NCBI RefSeq assembly: GCF_964355755.1
Contig: NC_092675.1
Coordinates: 14,170,912-14,234,911, forward strand
Length of the DNA: 64,000 nucleotides
Source of the DNA: Antedon mediterranea
Taxonomy: Eukaryota > Animalia > Echinodermata
Direction of reading: 5' to 3'
The notes beneath the pieces were generated by a model that saw nothing but the letters and a program-made list of their open reading frames with translations, made no database searches and was not told where the DNA came from. Positions 43,601-52,741 of the stretch are shown here, piece by piece (position 1 is the first letter of the stretch; each line of letters begins with the position of its first letter). A program made the translations under genes and the position numbers.

Positions 43601-46600
43601 TTTGTGATTTTCGAAAAAACTTTTTAACATAAAAACATCAAAGTGTACAGAATAGCTTCAAATCGCATTTGGAGACGTTTTAGACCAATTTGTGATTTTC
43701 GAAAAAACTTATTAACATAAAAATACCAAAGTGTTTAGAATAGCTTAAAATCGCATTTGGAGACGTTTTAGACCATTTTCTGATTTTCGAAAAAACTTGT
43801 TAACATAAAAACACCAAAGTGCTTAGAATAGCTTCAAATCGCATTTGGAGACGTTTAAGACCATTTTGTGATTTTTTAAAAAACTTGTTAACATAAAAAC
43901 ACCAAAGTGCTTAGAATAGCTTCAAATCGTATTTGGAGACGTTTTAGACCATTTTGTGATTTTCGAAAAAACTTGTTAACATAAAAACACCAAAGTGCTT
44001 AGAATTGCTTCAAATCGCATTTGGAGACGTTTTAGACCATTTTGTGCATTTCGAAACTTGGTTACACAAAAACATCAAAGTGCTTAAAATCACATTATAA
44101 ACCATTTTAGACCATTTTGAGCATTTCGATAACACTTTTCACACAAAAACATCAAAGAGCACAAAATAGCTTCAAATTGCATTTGGAGACGTTTTAGACC
44201 ATTTTTTAATTTTCGAAAAAACTTGTTAACATAAAAACACCAAAGTGCTTAGAATAGCGTCAAATCGTATTTGGAGACGTTTTAGACCATTTTGTGATTT
44301 TCGAAAAAACTTGTTAACATAAAAACACGAAAGTGCTTAGAATAGCTTCAAATCGCATTTGGAGACGTTTTAAACCATTTTGTGCATTTCGATGAAACTT
44401 GGTTACACAAAAATATCAAAGTGCTTAAAATCACATTATAAATCGTTTTAGACCATTTTGAGCATTTAGATAAAACTTTTTCACACAAAACACCAAAGTG
44501 CTTAGAATAGCTTCAAATCGCATTTGGAGACGTTTTAGACCATTTTGTGATTTTCGAAAAAACTTGTTAACATAAAAACACCAAAGTGCTTAGAATAGCT
44601 TCAAATCGCATTTGGAGACATTTTAGACCAATTTGTGATTTTTGAAAAAACTTGTTAACATAAAAACACCAAAGTGCTTACAATAGCTTCAAATCGTATT
44701 TGGAGACGTTTTAGACCATTTTGTGATTTTCGAAAAAACTTGTTAACATAAAAACACCAAAGTACTTAGAATAGCTTCAAATCGCATTTGGAGACGTTTT
44801 AGACCATTTTGTGCATTTCGATGAAACTTGGTTACACAAAAACATCAAAGTGCTTAAAATCACATTATAAACCGTTTTAGACCATTTGAGCATTTCGATA
44901 ACACTTTTCACACAAAAACATCAAAGAGCACAAAATAGCTTAATATCGTATTTAAAAACGTTTTAGACCATTTTGAGCATTTCGACAAAACTTTTTCACA
45001 CAAAACACCAAAGTGCTTAGAATAGCTTCAAATCGCATTTGGAGACGTTTTAGACCATTTTGTGATTTTCGAAAAAACTTGTTAACATAAAAACATCAAA
45101 GTGTACAGAATAGCTTCAAATCGCATTTGGAGACGTTTTAGGCCAATTTGTGATTTTCGAAAAAAACTTGTTAACCTAAAAATACCAAAGTGTTTCGAAT
45201 AGCTTCAAATCGTATTTGGAGACGTTTTAGACCATTTTGTGATTTTCGAAAAAACTTGTTAACATAAAAACACCAAAGTGCTTAGAATAGCTTCAAATCG
45301 CATTTGGAGACGTTTTAGACCATTTTGTGCATTTCGATGAAACTTGGTTACACAAAAACATCAAAGTGCTTAAAATCACATTATAAACCATTTTAGACCA
45401 TTTTGAGCATTTCGATAACACTTTTCACACAAAAACATCAAAGAGCACAAAATAGCTTAATATCGTATTTAAAAACGTTTTAGACCATTTTGAGCATTTC
45501 GACAAAACTTTTTCACACAAAACACCAAAGTGCTTAGAATGGCTTCAATCGCATTTGGAGACGTTTTAGACCATTTTGTGATTTTCGAAAAAAATTGTTA
45601 ACATAAAAACACCAAAGTGCTTAGAATCACATTATAAACCGTTTTAGACCATTTTGAGCATTTCGATAACAATTTTCACACAAAAACATCAAAGAGCACA
45701 AAATAGCTTAATATCGTATTTAAAAATGTTTTAGACCATTTTGAGCATTTAGAAAAAACTTTTTCACACAAAACACCAAAGTGCTTAGAATAGCTTCAAA
45801 TCGTATTTGGAGACGTTTTAGACCATTTTGAGATTTTCGAAAAAACTTGGTTACACAAAAACATCAAAGTGCTTAAAATCACATTATAAACCGTTTTAGA
45901 CCATTTTGAGCATTTCGATAACACTTTTCACACAAAAACATCAAAGAGCTCAAAATAGCTTAATATCGTATTTAAAAACGTTTTAGACCATTTTGAGCAT
46001 TTCGACAAAACTTTTTCACACAAAACACCAAAGTGCTTAGAATAGCTTCAAATCGCATTTGGAGACGTTTTAGACCAATTTGTGCATTTCGATGAAACTT
46101 GGTTACACAAAAACATCAAAGTGCTTAAAATCACATTATAAATCGTTTTAGACCATTTTGAGCATTTCGATAACACTTTTCACACAAAAACATCAAAGAG
46201 CACAAAATAGCTTAATATCTTATTTAAAAACGTTTTAGACCATTTTGAGCATTTAGACAAAACTTTTTCACACAAAACACCAAAGTGCTTAGAATAGCTT
46301 CAAATCGCATTTGGAGACGTTTTAGACCATTTTGTGATTTTCGAAAAAAACTTGTCAACATAAAAACACCAAAGTGTTTAGAATAGCTTCAAATCGCATT
46401 TGGAGACGTTTTAGACCAATTTGTGATTTTCGAAAAAACTTATCAACATAAAAACACCAAAGGGTTTAGAATAGCTTCAAATCGCATTTTGAGACGTTTT
46501 AGACCATTTTGTGATTTTCAAAAAAACTTGTTAACATAAAAACACGAAAGTGCTTAGAATAGCTTCAAATCGCATTTGGAAACGTTTTAGACCATTTTGT

Positions 46601-48632
46601 GATTTTCGAAAAAAATTGTTAACATAAAAACACCAAAGTGCTTAGAATAGCTTCAAATCGTATTTGGAGACGTTTTAGACCATTTTGAGATTTTCGAAAA
46701 AACTTGGTTACACAAAAACATCAAAGTGCTTAAAATCACATTATAAACCGTTTTAGACCATTTTGAGCCTTTCGATAACAATTTTCACACAAAAACATCA
46801 AAGAGCACAAAATAGCTTAATATTGTATTTAAAAATGTTTTAGACCATTTTGAGCATTTAGATAAAACTTTTTCACACAAAACACCAAAGTGCTTAGAAT
46901 AGCTTCAAATCGCATTTGGAGACGTTTTAGACCATTTTGTGATTTTTGAAAAAACTTGTTAACATAAAAACACCAAAGTGCTTAGAATAGCTTCAAATCA
47001 CATTTGGAGACGTTTTAGACCATTTTGTGATATTCGAAAAAACTTGTTAACATAAAAACACGAAAGTGCTTAGAATAGCTTCAAATCGCATTTGGAAACG
47101 TTTTAGACCATTTTGTGATTTTCGAAAAAACTTGTTAACATAAAAACACCAAAGTGCTTAGAATAACTTCAAATCGCATTTGAAACGTTTTAGACCATTT
47201 TGTTATTTTCGAAAAAAATTGTTAAAATAAAAACACCAAAGTGCTTAGAATCACATTATAAACCGTTTTAGACCATTTTTAGCATTTCGATAACAATTTT
47301 CACACAAAAACATCAAAGAGCAAAAAATAGCTTAATATCGTATTTAAAAATGTTTTAGACCATTTTGAGCATTTAGATAAAACTTTTTCACACAAAACAC
47401 GAAAGTGCTTAGAATAGCTTCAAATCGCATTTGGAAACGTTTTAGACCATTTTGTGATTTTCGAAAAAACTTGTTAACATAAAAACACGAAAGTGCTTAG
47501 AATAGCTTCAAATCGCATTTGGAAACGTTTTAGACCATTTTGTGATTTTCGAAAAAAAATGTTAACATAAAAACACCAAAGTGCTTAGAATCACATTATA
47601 AACCGTTTTAGACCATTTTGAGCATTTCGATAACAATTTTCACACAAAAACATCAAAGAGCACAAAATAGCTTAATATCGTATTTAAAAATGTTTTAGAC
47701 CATTTTGAGCATTTAGATAAAACTTTTTCACACAAAACACCAAAGTGCTTAGAATAGCTTCAAATCGCATTTGGAGACGTTTTAGACCATTTTGTGCATT
47801 TCGATGAAACTTGGTTACACAAAAACATCAAAGTGCTTAAAATCACATTATAAATCGTTTTAGACCATTTTGAGCATTTAGATAAAACTTTTTCACACAA
47901 AACACCAAAGTGCTTAGAATAGCTTCAAATCGCATTTGGAGACGTTTTAGACCATTTTGTGATTTTTGAAAAAACTTGTTAACATAAAAACACCAAAGTG
48001 CTTAGAATAGCTTCAAATCGCATTTGGAGACGTTTTAGACCATTTTGTGATTTTCGAAAAAAGTTTTTAACATAAAAACATCAAAGTGTACAGAATAGCT
48101 TCAAATCGCATTTGGAGACGTTTTAGACCAATTTGTGATTTTCGAAAAAACTTATTAACATAAAAATACCAAAGTGTTTAGAATAGCTTAAAATCGCATT
48201 TGGAGACGTTTTAGACCATTTTGTGATTTTCGAAAAAAATTTTTAACATAAAAACACCAAAGTGCTTAGAATATCTTCAAATCGCATTTGGAGACGTTTT
48301 AGACCATTTTGTGATTTTTGAAAAAACTTGTTAACATAAAAACACCAAAGTGCTTAGAATAGCTTCAAATCGTATTTGGAGACTTTTTAGACCATTTTGT
48401 GATTTTCGAAAAAACTTGTTAACATAAAAACACCAAAGTGCTTAGAATTGCTTCAAATCGCATTTGGAGACGTTTTAGACCATTTTGTGCATTTCGATGA
48501 AACTTGGTTACACAAAAACATCAAAGTGCTTAAAATCACATTATAAACCATTTTAGACCATTTTGAGCATTTCGATAACACTTTTCACACAAAAACATCA
48601 AAGAGCACAAAATAGCTTAATATCGTATTTAA
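13692..48632 (+). repeat. Satellite DNA array, segment 2 (same family, more variant-rich)
   Basis: Same monomers and orientation. It resumes in register at TTAA 13692-13695 of an interrupted C monomer. It carries additional variants (gtgtacagaat, aatagcgtc, taggccaat) and several deletion junctions. Confidence 0.98.
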
Positions 48633-49170
48633 GAGCCATTGTCTGTAAGAATCAAAGAAATATCAAAAAGAGTGGCAGACTCAAAAAAATGGATTTCTTT
48701 CAAATTTTGCACATGGCTATATATGTGTTGAGAGAAATCAAATATGAAGTATTTTTTATTCCACACGTATATTTCCATGGCAACGGCCAAATTTGTGTTT
48801 TTGACAAATTTTGTCCCTTTTTAAGGTTTTTTAAAATGGATATTGGTACTACTTTGATGAACGATATTTTTGTTTTGTTCATTTAATTATAAAAAATAAT
48901 TAGTGTATGCATAAAAGCAATGCATTGTGCACCTGTTTCAAATTTTTTATTTTTTTTTATTTCATACTTTGGGAGATACCATTTATTTAAAAAGGGGTGT
49001 TTTTCACTTTTTTTTAATTGTTCAATGCAACTAAACTTTACTTCACCATAACGCCCAAAGTGGTGTATTTTTTTAGCTGATTTATTACAAATAGGTAGTT
49101 CCAATGTTTAATAATTGATTTCTAAAATAAAATACTGGGGTAAATTTAAAATCTGCAAGCAGTGTTGCGA
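48633..49170 (+). repeat. Left long imperfect TIR of the Sola3-like element
   Basis: Blocks matching the right end in reverse complement: 48633-48658 (25/26), 48683-48698 (16/16), 48775-48792 (16/18), 48986-49004 (19/19), 49055-49066 (12/12) and 49134-49147 (14/14). The inner boundary is approximate. Confidence 0.85.
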
Positions 49171-49530
49171 GAAACATAGGCATTTTTATATTAAAAAAAA
49201 CATGGTATATAAGTAAAAACATTTTATTTTCTTTGATTATTTGATTTGAAACTCATTGGTCAGAAAAATTCTTAATGTTTTATATAGTTCTAGTTGTGTT
49301 GTGAGAAAAAACTTTTTTTTTTAATTATAGATTCTGTAATTCCCAGTTTTAATGTCATTTTATAGGTTATATCCTCGGGAAATTTGAATAAATTATCAGA
49401 TCGTTGTGAATTTTAATCTTTGCAACAGATTACTCCTCTCTTATTTTGAAGCTCCTCTTTCATTTGTTTACTTGTTTTATTTGCTAACCTAAGCAGATCC
49501 CACATGCCCATCAACCACCATTTTCGACTA

Positions 49531-49735
49531 CCATCCCTCCCCTCCCCCCCCCCACCCCGACTATAACCACAAAAAGATAAACTGCAACACTTTGGTTGAT
49601 CATCCACTATAGAGTGTCAAATGCATGCATTCAAGCACCACCCACACTGCCGCTACTATCGCCCCAATGAATAGACAGATTCAAACTCCTCCATCCCACC
49701 CCCTCCTCCTTTCTCCAAGCCCCACCCACCCCAAG
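49531..49735 (-). other. C-rich patch; potential G-quadruplex on the minus strand
   Basis: ccatccctcccctcccccccccaccccg at 49531-49559 gives at least four G-runs of 3 or more on the minus strand. A second C-run cluster lies at ~49690-49733. Confidence 0.5.
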
Positions 49736-49929
49736 TTAACAATTGCAATGCAAAAGATAGAACATAAAGTTAAGTTTTTAGACCCTCGCCTTCAACCTCC
49801 TAACTATTTAAAAGTTCTGGATCCACCACTTTTCCCTCCCCAAAATAGAACCAATCAAAAGTCAATGATATACTCAGGTATGTTAATGCTACATAACAAA
49901 TATAGAAGCCCTGATTTGAAATTTCATTT

Positions 49930-51900
49930 CATTTAAGGTCAGCATGTAAAATATCACACTTTATTATTAAATATTGGTTTTAAATTCTATATTTTTTTAA
50001 CGGTGTGTTTGGATTCAGTATTAATTATTAATTAATAATTATCTGATAATTATTTAATTTCCCTTAGTTATGCATAGCAACAGTTACTATGGTAACTAAA
50101 ATTGAGATATTCTTTAGATTTTGCATATTTATCTTATACAAATTTAATTTTAATTTGTAGATTATTAGCAGGCAATACCTTATTTGCATTTTTAAATTAC
50201 CGTTTCACAAGGTCATATTCGTAAGCACTTTCTTCTGTGATTATTTTTATTCATGAAAACCCCATATTTTATTTACAGCGGCCACCTCCCTTAACGGACG
50301 CACTTTGAAAAGCCTGTTTGTTCTTCCTATCTAATTAGTGCATTTGGTGCTTACCGTAAGCAGCTGCGGGCACCTTTTTATACAAAAAATGAGATTTTTA
50401 GTAAGCGGCCAATCGAAAAATGCAATACTTATTGCATGGACCTATGAATTACAGGTGCATGTTTATTGTATTTCTTTATATATTAGCTTTATTTTGAAGA
50501 GGTTTTAAAAACATTACTGTGAAGAGATGAGAAAACTACACTGATTTTGACCGACCATTTTTCATATGATAAAAGTTTTTAAAATTTGTCTGAAAATGCT
50601 AAAAAATACTAAACCACCTGATTATAAATAATAATAGGCCTACAATTATAAGCGGCCACTTTTCCAGGTCCCGAGGGTGGCCACTTACGGGAGGTTCTTG
50701 AACTGTATTTAAACAAGAATATTTCTTACAAAAAACGCTGCTTGCTTATTGTTATTGCTAAGGTCAAGTCTGGGGGTCACTTCATCAAGCCTAGATACTT
50801 CAGGTATCCTATTACAAACAAAAACTTCAATGGACTGTTTTGATAATAATTCAATGATTATCTGACAGTGAATTATAGTAATATCATGGGACTCATAAAT
50901 ACCAGAAATGCTTTATGATTTGTCATAAGACTCTTTTCTCAGCCGTTTTTTGGATTCAACAGGTGGTACCTATAAATTATAGTCGAGTTTCCATTTTTAA
51001 CAAAAATGTCAAAGTGTAGTACTATACTGCTGCTTGATTTCATCTAATGAATGAGTCATCTCGTGTGACGTAGCGGGCTAGAGCAGCAATTATCCTTAGT
51101 TATGCATAGAAAAAGGTTCTAAGATAACATAAATAATACATTTTGACATAACTTGACCCAACAAATAACCCTTTCACAAGGTCAGACATTTTCTGGGATT
51201 CAGTAGATAAGTAAATTTGGGAAAAGGTAGTAAAGCTATGTAATCAAATGTTTGTAGTCATGAAACCCCATATTAAAAATATTGTACTTAGTTAGTATAG
51301 AAACAGTTGCTACAATCAATACACTATAGGTAAAATGTTGATGTCATTTGACCTCAATATGTAATTTTGTTTTTTCATGAAAACTCCATATTTTATTTTT
51401 TTTACCTTTATTCATATTCGTCAAGACTTTCTTTCTGAGATTATTAGGATTCAGTATTTAAAGTAAATTTGGCAAAAAGTAGAAATGTAAAACTATGTAG
51501 AAAAAATGTTTTGTATTTATGAAAAACCCCTTTTCGCATAGAAACAGTTGCTATGGTAAAATGTTGACCTCAAATGAATGAATTTACAAGGTCAAGTTTG
51601 TCATTAATGGAATGCAGTAGAAGTAAAATTGAGAAAAATTACAAATGCAATCAATTCTTTGTATTTATAAAAACGCCATTTTTTACATTTTTTTAAAAAT
51701 TACTTTCCTTAGTTACACATAGAAATGGTTGCTAAGGTAACACATTAGATAAAATATTAAAATTTTTGAGAATTGTTATGAACTATCTTGTAAATGTTGA
51801 TCAAACATTAATAGTTGTAGTAAAGTGGGGACCTGTCCTGTTTTGCATTCTGACCCCTTTTGACCTTAAATGACCTATTTACAAGGTCAGATTTTTTGGG
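49930..51900 (+). repeat. Degenerate ~180-240 bp repeat modules inside the Sola3-like element
   Basis: The module head (c)cttagttatgcatagaaacagttgctatggtaa occurs at 50062, 51094, 51287, ~51536 and 51707. acaaggtca occurs at ~50207, 51177, 51585 and 51881. catgaaa(a)ccccatatt-like tails occur at ~50252, 51259, 51377, 51518 and 51666. ggattcagta occurs at ~50011, 51196 and 51447. Confidence 0.8.
50276..50705. mobile_element. Nested Tc1/mariner-superfamily (pogo/Tigger-like) MITE, ~430 bp, decayed
   Basis: TA|CAG start (TA 50274-50275) and CTG|TA end (TA 50706-50707). The left CGGCCACCTCCCTTAA corresponds to the right GGTGGCCACTTACGGGAGGTT. The motif AAGCGGCCA recurs at ~50403 and ~50650. The left TIR appears internally deleted. 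Confidence 0.65.
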
Positions 51901-52209
51901 AGGTCTTTCTGTATCTCTTTACACAAAATAGATTTAAAAATTTATAAAAACCATTGACGCAATTATTTCCAAGTTTAACATTATTTTCCATCAACTAAAT
52001 ATTTCAATGCAAAATACTGTTTTTCTGGCAATTAATTGAAATAAACCTGGCAACACATTCTCCTATTTTATCTAAACTATTCGTATGACTCTAGTAGCAT
52101 TATGACAAGCCACATATACATTTTATTATTGGATTAGCCATATTTAAATTGTGTTTCATGTGTTTTGTTTGTTGATATTTTATTATATTTTTTGTATTTT
52201 TCGTATTTT

Positions 52210-52741
52210 CCTGGCAACATAAAACCTATGTACGAAATTTACCCCAGTGTTTTTTTCGTGATTATTGTTGACAAACCTATTGACTATCAAATTAAAAAAC
52301 CTCATTGATTTAAAAACACCACTTTGGAAGTTATAGGTACGTTTATGAGGTATACTTTTATAAAAAAAATATTTTTTAAAAACACCCCTTTTTAAAATAA
52401 TGGTATCAACCAAACTCCATTTTGTATTTTTTTTTTTTTTACATTAAAAGGAACTCAATACATGTTGTTTACACTGCTACAAACAAAAACTGTATACTGT
52501 AAGTATTTTTGGTTAAAATAAGTATACAAGTTTGTACTTTTTCACTATAGAAAATCTGTGAAAAATGGCAAAAACATCAAAATTTGGATATTTGACCGTT
52601 GTCATGGCAACGGAGGCTAAAAATTCAAATGAATGATGTAGATATGCTTTTTAGTGAAATGTCTATTCATGGTAAAAATTTGAGAGAAATCCATTTTTTT
52701 ACATCTGCCACCAAATCTTTGATTTTTACAGACAATGGCTC
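52210..52741 (-). repeat. Right long imperfect TIR of the Sola3-like element
   Basis: Partner blocks at 52716-52741, 52685-52700, 52590-52607, 52378-52396, 52316-52327 and 52235-52248. They lie in the same order and at similar distances from the terminus as on the left. Confidence 0.85.

Larger units (their letters stand above)
48633..52741. mobile_element. Non-autonomous DNA transposon, 4109 bp, TTAA TSD, GAG..CTC termini, long imperfect TIRs; best fit Sola3 (Kolobok is the alternative)
   Basis: TTAA at 48629-48632 and 52742-52745 duplicates the single satellite site cgtatTTAAaaacg. The terminal 26 bp match at 25/26 as inverted repeats (GAGCCATTGTCTGTAA[G/A]AATCAAAGA; 48633-48658 vs 52716-52741). 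Collinear inverted blocks continue for ~0.5 kb. GAG..CTC ends, a TTAA target and long TIRs are the described Sola3 features. No ORF exceeds ~107 aa. Confidence 0.88.

Noticed and set aside
49775-49790. gtttttagacc resembling the satellite core, suggesting the satellite derives from the transposon
   Set aside because: The match is only ~10 bp in AT-rich DNA with no flanking similarity.
48563-49936. ORFs of 60-107 aa at the left end of the 4.1 kb element, including the Pro-rich 103 aa ORF
   Set aside because: They lie in the TIR or C-rich low-complexity DNA, and one begins in satellite. I recognise no domain.
51061-51090. tRNA/SINE A-box-like TGACGTAGCGGGCTAGAGC
   Set aside because: No B-box or cloverleaf follows, and the sequence runs straight into a repeat module. 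At most it is a tiny relic.
52183-52413. 76 aa minus-strand ORF
   Set aside because: It lies within the right TIR, has low-complexity composition and shows no recognisable homology.
48633-52741. piggyBac or LTR/KolobokP assignment for the 4.1 kb element
   Set aside because: The termini are GAG..CTC rather than CCC..GGG, and the long terminal repeats are inverted, not direct.
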